A DNA stretch of 63,933 bases, the filler included. It is 22 parts of 22 records of this genome, joined end to end, with 100 filler letters (N's around TTAATTAATTAA, not from the genome) between each part and the next. Parts side by side here need not be neighbours in the genome. Positions count along the whole stretch, not along the records: positions 1 to 2,235 come from SRR16133337_79929; positions 2,336 to 5,708 come from SRR16133337_80266; positions 5,809 to 7,880 come from SRR16133337_80307; positions 7,981 to 10,518 come from SRR16133337_80709; positions 10,619 to 12,775 come from SRR16133337_80831; positions 12,876 to 15,164 come from SRR16133337_81096; 16 more parts are not named here. One strand, written 5' to 3'. Each line of letters opens with the position of its first letter. Within the stretch, counting starts at the first letter, position 1. This document shows, one piece after another, positions 1 to 13,591 of this stretch. The notes under the pieces are model-generated. The model was not told the origin of the DNA. It saw nothing but the letters and a program-made list of their open reading frames with translations, and did not search any database. Made by a program: the position numbers and the translations under genes.

Positions 1-517
1 AAGGAGCAGAGTGTGGGATAATTTTAAGAGGCAGAAACAAAAATTTACAATTTGGACAAAACCCTTGAATACCACGCAACACTTTTCATGTATGCAACAA
101 AGGAAACCTATTTTCATTGTTCCAATATTCAGAATATTGTGAATAATTTTGAAAAAAGTGACACCTTTTCATATTTTTCTGTCAACAATTTCAACGAACC
201 CCTTTTCCTTGCTTGCATGTAATATGGTTTCCCAAGTCAACTGCATAAAGAAAACTCCACCTAAAACTATCAAAATATTGCCCGATAAACATGTCAATAA
301 AAGTCACAACATCACAGTAAACCAAACGCTTCGGGAGGTACGGAAAACTTGGCAAAACGACCGTAATCAACCACTTCACCGAAAAACTCGCCACAAACCA
401 CCAACCGCTCGTTCATGTGCACACCAACAAGCGCGGCAACTTTTTTGCAAAAAGTGAAACACGTCGAAGGCCCATACGATGTATGTAGAGAGCGCTTGAA
501 AGCTTGGCGGGAGATAC

Positions 518-1763
518 CTGTTGGTTCGTCTAGTAGGAGCAATTCCGGCTCATTTGCAAGAGCTCTCGCAATTGTTACGCGCTGTTGCTCTCCTCCCGAA
601 AGCTCAGAGGGCTAATAAAACACATCACTTTATGTCAGGGGATTTGTTTGGCGTAAAATTTGGCGAATTCTTTTTTTAAGAAAAATGTCCATTTTGGTGG
701 AAAATTTCAACAACACAATTTCATATTCTTTTTCACACAAATTCATTTTTGCTTTGCAAAATTTTCATAAAAATCAAAGGTGATCGGATCCTGGTGTATT
801 TTGGGCATGTGAAAAACAAAATTCTTTGTGATTGTGCCAACAACTTACCAAATGCTGAACTCTGTCTTGTAGACCAACCACTAACATAAGAAGCAACACA
901 CATTCTTAAATAAGCAGATTCACGAGCTTCTTGGCAATCAGCAGCAAGTTGGCTTGAAATCGCCTTTTATTTTTCATCAAAAAAGTGTTCCATTTGGGGT
1001 GTGTTTCACAGTGAACCGCTTGGTACTGGTGCAATAATAATATTGCGTAAAAGGGGAAATTAGGGAAATTCAAAGAAGAAAACAGACAAACAAATATATA
1101 TTTTTAGTGAAGTGATGTACAACGAAATTAAATGGCACATAGTATGTAGCAATTGTCATTGGCCATAAAAATATATCTGCTATGTGTGACGACGTAGTAC
1201 AAAGAATGCCATATTGCGTGTGTTGAGTTTCGACAAGGGTGGATGGATGTGTTATGGTGGGTGGAATGCATCTTGCCAAGCTCATGTTCATTTGCCAAGC
1301 CCAGTTTGAAATTTTTAGAGAGAGAAAATTATTGAGACATCGCTCAAGACAACAACATGGCGACAATATGATATTTTCAAAGAATTTTATGTAGAATCTT
1401 TACATGAATATGAAACATGTGTTATGAGCTCACCCCTTGCAATGGTTTTGACATGCAATTTTTTTTGGAATTGTTTTGTTAACAAACAGAACCACAAAAA
1501 ACGAAACACAAGAGTTGTGTTGTCACGTACTTTCGCCTCAAAACACTCCCAATTAACACAAATTTTACTTGACATATTTCAATAAACTCACATTGCAAAA
1601 GTTCCATGGCCCTTCGTTTACTTTCTAGAACCGGTTTTTCGCTCAGTATCGTCATGGGCAGCTCAACATTTTCAAATGCAGACATTGTGGAGATCAAATT
1701 AAAAGTTTGAAATACGAAGCCAATTCTTCGCAGCCGTAGGTCTGCCAGATAAGAATCTTTAGA
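518..1763 (-). CDS. Spliced eukaryotic ABC ATPase of LolD/MacB-like (ABCH-type) class, partial; exons 1763-1592, 880-849, 611-518
   Basis: GT-AG exons join in phase to give [100 protein letters not shown], containing the Q-loop, signature motif and Walker B. Confidence 0.9.
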
Positions 1764-2235
1764 CTAAATAAAACAAACAACACGGGATCGAACATACAGA
1801 GTCTCGCGCCTCTGCACACCCTCTAACATTCGAAAATTGTTTGTTTGTTTTTTGGAAAAGCAAGGGTAAGACCCTTGGGAGTGGAGAGTGGGATGTGAGT
1901 GGGGGTGCATGGGTCCAAAAACATCACTTTAAAAAATCATGGAACGTGAAGGCTTCTACAGAGGTGTCTTATTTCGTACAATTCTAAGTGAGCCACTCTA
2001 GTTGCATAGGCCTCTCAACATCTACAAATTTGATGTCTAAGAGAAACGAGAAAAGTGCAAAATTATTCAGGATGTATAAAATTCTTGAATGCTATGGTTA
2101 CAAAATTAAATGAAGTGGTTATGCATGGCACAATTACTCTTTAAAAAATCATTCCAAAATGTTTTTCTACAAAAGTAGCATCTCTTGAGGAATTTTTTTA
2201 AACACTTAGGGAATTTTGAATGACAGGGCAAGGAA

Positions 2236-2335
2236 NNNNNNNNNNNNNNNNNNNNNNNNNNNNNNNNNNNNNNNNNNNNTTAATTAATTAANNNNNNNNN
2301 NNNNNNNNNNNNNNNNNNNNNNNNNNNNNNNNNNN
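2236..2335. other. Artificial contig spacer (first of 21)
   Basis: N44-TTAATTAATTAA-N44, which places stops in all six frames. Spacers start at 2236, 5709, 7881, 10519, 12776, 15165, 18461, 20817, 23622, 25952, 29086, 33196, 37687, 39832, 42895, 45908, 51855, 54197, 56694, 59330 and 61552, giving 22 contigs. Confidence 0.98.
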
Positions 2336-4309
2336 AAAAACCAAAAACATCGCTTCTGAAAATCTTTAGACAGAGTCCTATAATACTTGAATAATTTATA
2401 AAGTTCTTCAATATATCAAGCATAATATTTAAACTCCAATCATTCTCCTTTTTCAACGCGGTAGCCCATTTTTTCACGGAGTGGCGGGTGTTGGTGTGTC
2501 TAGATTTGCATTTGCTAATGGAGAAGACTCCAGTCACATGCGTGCGTATCTGGAAGAATAGTACAAATTGTACTTGGTAAAAAATGCTGCCCTGTCTTCA
2601 AAACATATACACATAGGCAAATTAAAAAACACTACATGCAACCAAAAGTAATTTCCACATAAGCGTATTGACATCGATAGATATATACGGGCAATTGACT
2701 TCGAATAGTTCATCGCATTGGAATATTTGCTTTCTTGCATTGCGATTTTCAAGGGGGTGGAATAGGTTTTATCTTGTTCTGAAAGTTTTATGGAAAACAA
2801 ATAATAGCTTAAAAAGTTACAAGTAAGATGAAAACGCGGATGTGGAATAAACTTACTACAAACATACCAAAACTAATGTACACATAAATATATCCAAATG
2901 CGTCTGGGTACGGAACATTGACTTCGATGGGTTCATCGTCTTTTCTTTCTGCATAATTTCCTGAGAACATTGCATTGAAATATTTGCTTTTTTACATTGT
3001 AAGTTTCAAGGGGACAAAATAGATTTTGTCTCCAACTTTTATTTTCTTACAACCTTCCATGGTTTTCATTACGTTGTTGAGGTCATCAATTGTCAAACCA
3101 TCCGGTAATTCAAGAAGAGATGCCATTTCGTTAAACTTTTAAATCCAAACCCCCAACTCTGTTACTGTTGCTCAATTTCACGCTGGAAGTCACTTTTGAG
3201 TAATAGCGCCACGCAGGTCTTTGTGTGGCGTTGAGGTGGCTCGAGGGTGAGGGTTTGGATTTTTAAACAATATGGCGTTTTATTTTCGGACTTTTGGAAT
3301 TTAAAGAAATATGTGGCTGTAATTTATCGCATTTTCGGGTCTAAATGAATATATCTTATTTTTTTAATCTCGTGTCGGTATTTATTTCAAAATCATTCGC
3401 AATCTTTTACGTCACCAATACAAACTTATAGTGTTGAACTGCAATTTGCATTTATAACGAACTTATTCCTACTGTCGAAGCAGAACCCAAAATACAGGGC
3501 CTCCAAACTCGTTACCTCACACCCACGAAAATTGTCATTTTTTTGAAAATTAAGCATCCCTTGTTTTTCTTTCTTCCCAAAAACAATTGTTTTATTTGAA
3601 AACTGACAAAACATGTCTATGTGGCTGTGTAGGGACGAGGTGTTCTAAATGCGTTAGATAATGAATAGTAAAAAATATTGCATTGTATGAACAGCATTCG
3701 GAGAAAAAAATATATTTCCGCAAATGGTTCATTAATTGTTTACGTCATATCAGCAAGGAGAACTCTAGAGAGGTGAAAATTTTTGTTTGGCGATGCAGGA
3801 GTAATGCCTTTTCACAAGTGTTTAAAATTTCAATTGCGTTTCATATTTCTGTACATCAAAACAGAATTTCGAACCTGTGATGTTCATGTTTGAAGAGAAA
3901 ACGAGGTAAAAAACAAAGTTTTATATATTTTTGTTTCAAATGTTAAAATATACAAATTGTTGATTTGATATCCGATCACGTAAACAGGCAAAACGTAGTT
4001 TCAGGTAAGACATCCAAGCGAACATTGTCACGCCCAAAAAATAAATTTTATTATATTGAAATGTTTCTAATTGAGCTTTAGTATACAGGGTCTAACGGAG
4101 TAAGACCCTCTCCTCATCCACTCCCCAACCCCACACTCCCACCCACACATCACCAAGACAAGTTTTTGGTGATTTTTAAATAGGGTACTCCACACATTTT
4201 TATTCAAAAAAATGACCATTTTGTTTGGGTGCGGGCTCTTACTAGGGGTGTGGGGTGGGGTTCTTATTCCGTTAGATTTTGTACATATTTTTTTCTTTGT
4301 GTTATATAG

Positions 4310-5434
4310 ACGGATAGAAGAAAATTCATTATCTGGTACGATACCAACTGAAATAGGAGGAATGACGTCACTGGAGAATATGTGAGTGCACTATACAAAT
4401 GCACAATCATTGAGTGTAATAGAATTTCAATCCGACCATTCTTGTTTGTTTTTAGATATTTGGGGTTGAATGATTTGACAGGATCCATACCGACCGAAAT
4501 CGGCCATTTAACACATCTACTGAATTTGTATGTTTATGAAAAAAATGCAAGTTTTGTTTTTTAGTACAACGAAGTTCTATTGATCTCTCTGTTTTATTTG
4601 TTTTTTGAATGGTATGTTTAGAGATATTCCTGAAAATCAGTTGTCAGGGCGCATTCCAACACAAATTGGTAGACTTACTTCCTTACAAACTCTGTAAGTA
4701 TTTAAATATGGCTTTGTTTTATTTAATTTTGTCACAATAGAGTATCACATTTATAACTTTTTTGCGGCACGTGACAAAGTAAAAAAGCAAAATTTGTTAT
4801 TTAATGCTGGACGCCAATCAAGCTTAGTGGTGAGGGGAGGTGTGTGTGTGTGGAGGGAATGTGCGGACTGTACAACCTAGATATTCTTTTTAAAACGCCA
4901 CAGTTTTTCGATTTTCAATTTGTGTCGTTGTGTTGCTCTCACTGAATTGTTGTTGTTTTTTCCAACACGTACTTTAATAAACACTGCGCTATTTTTCTCT
5001 AAAATTTTTAATATCTCCATAACCCCAAAACTCTGTCGTTTGGTATTATTATTTTTACACACGTGGTGTTCACACGTCGCATTGCTCATAAATTTTTCAA
5101 ATTGTGGTGAAGAATTATTAAAAATTAAAAATTGTGGTTATCATGAAGTTGGAATTTATAACTGTGGTGAAAAGTCGGGTTTTGACCCTGGCAGCTTTTA
5201 TACGGCAATTGTATTCCGCTTTTATTTAAAAAAGAATTAACACATTTTGTTTTTGACGAACACAACAACGATTTTACATTTTATTTGCTCGTCAGACAGT
5301 GTTCTTATACGTCCATTACATGGATTTTTTTCTTGAATTGTGTTATCAAATTTTCTGTTTAGATTTTTATCTACCAACGAGCTTTCTGGAATAATTCCAA
5401 CAGAAATTGGACATCTGACTCACTTAGCGACAAT
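4310..5434 (+). CDS. Leucine-rich-repeat protein, four 72-nt exons (4310-4381, 4456-4527, 4622-4693, 5363-5434), partial
   Basis: Each exon is AG/GT-bounded, phase 2, and encodes one 24-aa plant-type LRR: RIEENSLSGTIPTEIGGMTSLENI, YLGLNDLTGSIPTEIGHLTHLLNL, DIPENQLSGRIPTQIGRLTSLQTL, FLSTNELSGIIPTEIGHLTHLATM. Confidence 0.92.
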
Positions 5435-8400
5435 GTAAGAACATGTACACACAGGTCGTATGGCATTTATCATACACCGTTCTATTCCCTTTTAAAATTG
5501 AAGTTTATAACTCGATTGATGCAGAAATTGCATTACGAGTTTTTTGTAAATATCATTTTTGATGAATTAATCATTTTTCCTACCACTCGTATGGACATAT
5601 ATGTCTTTAAAATTATAAAATGGAAACTTTAAACTGTGCCTTCACACTGGAAACACATAAAGCGCAATGATGTATAATTTTTCTCTTACAGGGTATATCA
5701 ATGAATAANNNNNNNNNNNNNNNNNNNNNNNNNNNNNNNNNNNNNNNNNNNNTTAATTAATTAANNNNNNNNNNNNNNNNNNNNNNNNNNNNNNNNNNNN
5801 NNNNNNNNTATCAGTTTCACTAATTTCATCAAATCGTTGTGTGGAATGTAGAACAATAGGGCGAAGCTCCAAAAATTAACAACAAGTTCCCAAAAAAACT
5901 TGAAAAGCAAATTGAATTCGTAGAAAAATGATTTAAAAAAAACAGCAATAAAAGAGGTCGTTTACATTACCTTGTTGTAAATAATCCCTTGTCCTTATTA
6001 GATTTTTTTTCATTTCAGCTGCCGTACGTCCCATTTTTGTGACCCCTGCCTTCTTCCTCAGATCGACATATTTCCTTAGCTGAGTATTTAGCGTGACAAA
6101 AAAAAATCCGAAACAATACAGTGTTTTATTTTAAGTGTCAATTTTTTTTTGGTGTGTAGAGTACGGTGTGAGGAAGAATCCCTCCCATTTGTCATTTTTG
6201 TGGAACTCTACCCCGTTTCTAGTGGTAGAAAAAATAAAGCCCATTTTGTTGTGTCTTTAAAAAAATAGAACTGAAAGAAAATTTGCAAATATGGGTGAAT
6301 ACTATTTCCTCAGCAACAAATGTAATAACAAGAAATTTCACACCACAAAATGACATTATTTTGTAAAAAAGTGAAATTTCTTCTCCTCACCAGCTCAGTT
6401 GCAACAATATCTCCTTATTTTGGACGAAACGTTCACGGGAAACTAAAATTCGCACAACTCCTTTTTCTCTTGAAACGTCTCTTTTGAATTGTAAAATTTC
6501 ATTTTGGTAACTACAACAGTGGTTTTACTCTTTAAAAAAGTTTTACTTTATTGTGTACCTGTAGTTGTAATTCAGCAGTTGAAAGTTTATTTATTGCGTC
6601 GTTTGTCAAGCACTCGAGTACGGAGGATTCCTAGAGAAAAGCACATACCCTCATAGTTTTAAGGCAACACATACGAAAGTTTCTTAGTCTTCTCAACCAA
6701 TGGTACAATTTCAACACAATATTACGTGATATTTCGTTTGTGTGGAAATTTGCGATGTATTTTTCTCCTGTTCCAAAAGTCGCGACGAGATTTGATAATG
6801 AAGTTGTCCTTGAAGGGAATCTAGCAGTCTCGCTGCTGTAAATTTCACTTTCTGTGTGACGGATTTGAGAGTTTTTGGTGGTGTGAAAATTCTTGGTGTG
6901 CATAAAACTTTTCATATTTTGTCACTATCAAATTGTCACCATATTTTTATGAATTACATTGTGCGTCTATAAAATTTGACCTGTCTCTTCGTACGTACTT
7001 GGGGCCGGGAAGCTTGCCATCTCAGTGCAGGGAGGGAGCATAGTGGAGTCAGGGAGTCGGGAGGATACACACCTAACAATTATGAGAAGGAGAGCGAGCG
7101 AGCCTGAAGGCAATCTTTCAGAGAGGGAGAATAGCATGCCGAGTTGTTACAGGAGATCGAGCAGTGTAACTCACAAATTCGAATTTCTTTGTTTTAGATG
7201 ATGTCACGTTTACAAAAAATGAAGTTAGCGTTTAAATTCTCGCCATTATACAATTAAGCAGAAATTTTGAAAGAAAATGTGTTTTCGTCGGAGAAAAAGA
7301 AGCACAGTTAAAACGAACAATGTATAAATTGGGTGGTATCGCGGCGTGTTTTATTGGTGCTCAATTGTCTATTGTGGAATTTGGTGGATTAATTCCTTTG
7401 GGGTTCAGGCATTTCGATTGTAAAATTCTTATAAATCCAGTACATTGCCTGTGAGTGAAACGCAAAGGTAAGTCACAATCTTGGAAAATATCGCTTAATT
7501 TGAGAGTGTGGGTTGTTATTTTGCAAGAACTAAACACAAATTATCTTTTTCAAAAGGGCCTGTGTGTCGTTTGATGAAAAACTTCACACCAATGTTTTCA
7601 CTAATTTTCCATCGAGAAAAGAAAGAGGCATATTGGTTTTAATACAAGCAGTTGGCCCACTGCTGAAAAAACAACGAAAACACTTATTTGTAAACTTGTA
7701 ATCTAAGCTTAAATTTACACATACGTGTTCAATGTTCTGATGCGAATTTATATTAACGTCCTGCAGAAACAACAACAAAACGAGTGATGAGAAACTTTAT
7801 ATATGTATGTTTTTTTTCAAAAACGTATCAAATATTACAATTCACCGATCTTTTGTGCACTAAAAACAATTTTTGAGCGANNNNNNNNNNNNNNNNNNNN
7901 NNNNNNNNNNNNNNNNNNNNNNNNTTAATTAATTAANNNNNNNNNNNNNNNNNNNNNNNNNNNNNNNNNNNNNNNNNNNNAACTGGCGAAGTCGCAACTC
8001 TACATTTTAAGACTTAATTTGTGACCAGTGGACATTTTTTGTCAAAAACAAGAAAATTGTAACACAATTCTCCCTCAATTGGATATATTTTAACAAACAC
8101 ATTTGCTATTTGTCGCGTCATAAAACGGTTGTAGTAAAAAGTACATTTAACGAGATGTAACCAAGAGCAGTCCACTACCCTCGCATTGTGCCTCCCGCTG
8201 CAATCGCTATATTCCTTCCTAGAGTACGCTGTGACCTCCTCCTCCAGCCAGGCCCGCTACACTCACTCTGAAAGGCGATAACCCTCCCACATGGCAGTCC
8301 TGCCCACCGTCTCTTCCCGAAAGGATTTCAGATTTAAATTTCGAATTTGTTAACCTTTTTTTGACGGGTGGACACCCAAGCGTTATTGTACATATGCGTG

Positions 8401-9632
8401 TTTACATATTTTCTTTTCAAATTTTTTTTTCAATATATACAAAACCTCCAAACCACTCTAATCAGCAAATTCGGACTTTACTAATTGTTTTATGAAACCC
8501 CGAAAGAATGCACGCGTGAGCGTCGTGCGAAAAAACACACCAAATCGCCTCTGAAAAGAATGGGTGCTAGGCCATCGATCGCTGAACAAAAACCCACGAA
8601 CTCACGAGAAGGTTCGACACTAAATTCTGAAGGCAAAAAGATTCACGACGAAATTCAAAACATTCTCCAAACCAACGAAAACAAGTACGATATGATGTCG
8701 AGGTCAGATGGAATAAGGTTACTCCGCCTTTCAGAAGAAATGTTTCAACTTAGCAGAAAATGCAGAAAATCTGGCCGCTGTATAAAATGCCGCCGAGTTA
8801 CGATTTTAGGTAAAGAATGAAAATTCCACACATTTTTGGGCATGAGGGTTCCTTGTGAAAATATTTTTGTGGGAGATGTAGTTTCATTTCGGAATGTAAC
8901 CGTATTTTGGATGTTTGACCACGAACAAATGACGTTGAATAATCGTTTGTTTTAGAAAAAATAATTCTTTTCAGTTACAGCGCTTTTGAAAAATATCATT
9001 TCGACAATTTGTAGATTAAAAAAACTGAAAAAGCTGTGAATGCAGCAACAAGGAAAAATACGACAGAACATGTATTTTATTGTCGTTTTCATTAAAAAAA
9101 CCCACTTTTCAAAAATATTTTGTTAGTCTTAGCAAGATACGTTTTTGATGTTTTTTGCATAAAAACGTTTAAAAATTGGGGAAAATAAGTGACAAGGGCA
9201 AAGTACCTGAACCCCCAAAGAAAATGTTCATATATATCAAACTATGGGCACTATAAAATAGGCGACCCTACGACTTGGGATTTTTGGAAAGACAAAACAA
9301 AACAGAACTCGAGCCTCAAGTTCCGGGAGGCCTACGACTCGGGAGGCCCCTACACTCGGAATTTTACAGTACTGATTTTTTTCACCAGCGTCTCATTTTA
9401 AAGCCAATATTATTTTTTTAAGTGTTGCCGAGGGGATCGTTCAGTACGGCGCTAGGGTTGCAAAGCAGAAAACAAACAAACAAATATCGAAATTAATCAA
9501 AAATAAATCATCTTTCCAAAAGGAACCATAAGCAGTGGTTGTTTTATATTACTGTACCCGGTACAATTTTTCTAAGTTCATCACCACATCACAAAGATTC
9601 GTGCGATGAAATTTTGGATGTTTTCATTTTAG

Positions 9633-9907
9633 ATGAGCCAAGAACACACGGAGAAAGGCTTCGAGATTGTCCAGATCACACTGATGTGATAGAAACACGC
9701 GGATCAAGTTGCGCGACGTGCGGACCAGGAGACTTTAGAACTCAATATAATTGCGCTGATTGTGCACAAATGTGTACACTTTGTTTTCAAAACACAAAAT
9801 GTTGTCATCGGTATAGACATGAAAGATTTTATGAAGGAAATCTGGCAGGGAGAAGAAATCTGGTCAATTTTGATGACGTAGAATCTGGGAAGTTTAAATT
9901 ATTTTAA
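9633..9907 (+). CDS. Probable exon encoding a ZZ-like zinc finger
   Basis: After TTTTAG the frame reads CATC...TQYNCADCAQMCTLCF...HRYRHERF, i.e. three CxxC pairs plus a His pair. Exon limits are uncertain. Confidence 0.4.
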
Positions 9908-12900
9908 AGTTTTGAATTTAGTAAAACATGGACTAAAGAGATGTATTTGAGTATGCGAAAATTTGATTTTTTTTTTAATGATTTACCACCAATCTTGATT
10001 CAACGGGGAATTTGTACGAGGCTCACTCATCGCAGATGTTGAAAACAAGAAAAGAAACCAATTTGACCATTTTTGTATAACATTTTCTTACTTCGATGTC
10101 TTGTGATTCAGCACACATTTTTCGACTGTTCGAAAATTAAGCACTTGCTAATTCATTGGTACATTTTGTGGCGTTCACAAATTTTTCACATGGCGTACAT
10201 AATTATACTCTAAAAAACATTGGCCAAGTGTCATTTTTATTTTTCCTGGTTCACAATTTCATGTTGACCACGCGGTGAAAATATTCAATGGCGGAGTCAG
10301 TTTCTCAACTGCGTTTCGCCTGTTCATTCGTGTGAGAATTTCTGAGAAAAATTGAAAAAAAAATTGGAGAAAACAATATTTTATATTTCCATTTTTTTGT
10401 TTTGTTTCAAAACTTATGTTTTGGCTGAGAATACAGTTTACAATGTTAAAAATGTGTAAAATTAGAAAAGCGTTAACATTCAATGAACAAGAGAGGTCCC
10501 AAAATCCCTAAATGAAATNNNNNNNNNNNNNNNNNNNNNNNNNNNNNNNNNNNNNNNNNNNNTTAATTAATTAANNNNNNNNNNNNNNNNNNNNNNNNNN
10601 NNNNNNNNNNNNNNNNNNGTAGTGATGTGTAGAACAACTGCACTTGTTGCAATTACTGTCTTATTTTTAAAATGTTGGTGAAAAAGAAAATCCGATTACA
10701 CCATGAAACAGTATTTTCGTTTTTCATGCCTGCAGGATAGATATGAAAATATATAGGACACGCATTACTGTAGAATATACCCCCTGCATCACACAACAAC
10801 AATGTCCCAAAATTTTTCGCCGTGTACACGCATCAATGTACTTACAAATTAAGAAAGGCGTGACCGCATGAATATGCATTATATTATTCCTTGACAATGT
10901 TTTAAGATTCTCCGAGACGAACGTGTTTATATTCCACGAGTTGGATACATCAACTTGTGTGAGTCTGGATGTCGGAGGTGCGCAACCAGGTGAAAAAACT
11001 GAACTACAACTGTTGTGGTTATTTGGTTGTGTGTGATTGCTTACATGCAGTTTGTATTTCAATGTTCGAGATGTTGTTTTGAATGGCGTTGGTTGAAGTA
11101 TATTGTGTTGAGTTTCCCTTGTGATTAGAGGTGATCTAAGTTGAAAAAAAAACAAGGATATTATATTATCACATTCAGTAAGTTTTACAATATGGTATTT
11201 GGAAATCCAATATATTATCAAAAATCATTTCTTGCAGGGTGAAATAACATATTGTATATGGATTTATTTTTACAGAGCCTGCAACATTTTTTACATATTA
11301 TTTGCATAACTTCATAAACTTCGAATTTTCAAATGTTGTACCATTTCAATACACAAAACAAAAAGCATAACGTGGTTTAGAAGTTCAGTTTTTTCCATTG
11401 CCCGCATTTTCAAAAATAACTGTTCACAAAAACAAAACAAAACGTATGGCGTAAATCGAAAACAACTGTACCTAAATTGAAAAGTGTATGATTTCTCTTG
11501 AGTTTCGAAAGCGGTCTTAATATCACGAACTGTAAGTTGGTCTTAATTTTTAAAGGAACCAAAAATATTTTCACACGTACAAATAGACGTGTAGAAGTGT
11601 TACTTATGTGCGTTATTGTGCTACAACTTTTGAAATTATAAAATTTCATTGATTTATCAGGATTTTTTCACTATTATTAACACTACACATGTTTGAAAAT
11701 ACAAAATTCACACATTTTCCTATTTTTTGTTTGCTCGATCTCACGTAATCTGTAATTGTTAACTACAAAATGAAAATGATTGTTTACGTTTACTTAGTTT
11801 TCATAAACAAACCCCACAAATAACAGAGAAATTTCAAAATTTTGATAAATTTGTTCGATTCCCTTATTTCGTATATTTTTATTTTAAAATTTTGAATTCG
11901 AAACAAAATATGTGAATTACTACTGTTTTTTGATAACAAAATTGTATGTTGAAGATTGTATTTGCACTGCGAGTTTTTAGTGAGTATTTTTATTTCCTAT
12001 GTGAAAATGTTGGTTTATGGAACGTGTGGGGAACTAAAAACACGCAATTTCACCCTTTCGTTGGCTGATGAAACAAAGGGAGATAGTTCATGTTTTTCAC
12101 ACTCATCATAATTCAAAAAATTGACGAGCGCACGTGTACAAAAATCACAGTTCTGATAAATAAACACAAATAACACTTCGTTTTGCTTATTGTGATGGTA
12201 TATAAATAATACAATGGCAGGTGCAAGTAGAGGAATAAAGTGAGAGGAACAGTGTGCTTGGGATGGGGTGGAATTTCGGGTGTGGAATGTGAAGAAATAA
12301 GTGTGGTGGTTGTGTTTGGAAGTGTGTGCGTGTGATAGGCGGATGTTGGTGCTTTCCAATATCAAAACAAAACATTCTTAATTCTTAATTGCTGCCCAAT
12401 ATCAAAGACTGGTTTGTGTGAAATTGTTATCATGTACAAACACATTAGCAAACATGTACTGTATGATAACATTTTTCCACTTCCAGCAAGTGTTAAATTC
12501 AGTTTTTTTTTGTATTTAATTTCAATACGCACACTCCAAATAAAATGAATATGGAATTATAAAAATATCGATTTGTATCTAAAAAGTGAAAGTAATTGCC
12601 TGAAAGGCATTCGAAAATAAATATATGTTTCTTGAAGGCACTATGGTTCAAATGTGTTTATAAGCGCCTTCAATGAGCAGTCCTTAGTACGGGGTCCTCA
12701 ACAAATTACACTACCGTTGGCATACAGTAAATGCCCACATATAACATCTGGTCAAACATATTTTTTTTAAGAAAANNNNNNNNNNNNNNNNNNNNNNNNN
12801 NNNNNNNNNNNNNNNNNNNTTAATTAATTAANNNNNNNNNNNNNNNNNNNNNNNNNNNNNNNNNNNNNNNNNNNNTGGGTTTATTGAAGGGGGGTGGTTT

Positions 12901-13591
12901 ATTCACTGATATATACCTTGTATTGTTATAATTATCTTATTTTTCACGCCTTTCGTTTCCTTGTGCGGAATGCAATTTTCATCATTTTGTGGAAATGATA
13001 TTCGTTTTCCGTGTGCACAGCCATGCCATGAAATTCACTGCAACATTCGAAAGAGATCCGATACCTCAGTGGCGTCGATTTGTTTTTCTTGGGCACAAGA
13101 TTTTGTTATTTAGTTTGTGGTAGCTCCAGATTGAGAAAACAATATTCAGATTTTCAAAAAGCAATTTCACGTGAGTATGCGATTTGTGGTTATTGGAATA
13201 TGTTATCAAACAACAATAAGGAATCTGTAAGAGCACTAATAATTTTTGCCCCGGGATTTTCAACTTGTAATTTGGTGATATTATCAAAATCTCGCAATAA
13301 AATTGCTTTTCACTCAATTAAATTTCACTCAATTAAATCTAAAGTGAATCCACTCTGTACAGTCCTCAAATGCAGGAACGCGCAACGTGCATTCAGGGAC
13401 ATGTACTACTGACTTCATTTTCAGTTTACCGCCAATAGAAGTGTTTTACGGTACATTTATGTTCCGGATTCCATAAAAAGTGCACAATCCCAAACAACCA
13501 CGAATCGGCAGTCTACTCAGGAGTGCACATGTTGATATATTTTAATATGATGAAGCAATCATTGGGCACAAAATAATTTACATGTACGCAC

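Noticed and set aside
2280-2291. Regularly recurring TTAATTAATTAA as a biological repeat, and ORFs containing X runs
   Set aside because: Always centred in 44+44 N; it is an artificial contig linker.
5692-5708. Fifth LRR exon at the end of contig 2
   Set aside because: The acceptor is plausible, but the expected phase hits a stop and only 17 nt are available.
10619-12775. Short ORFs in contig 5 (likewise contigs 3, 10, 18 and 19)
   Set aside because: AT-rich intronic or intergenic DNA; isolated candidate exons had no recognisable motif or unambiguous frame.
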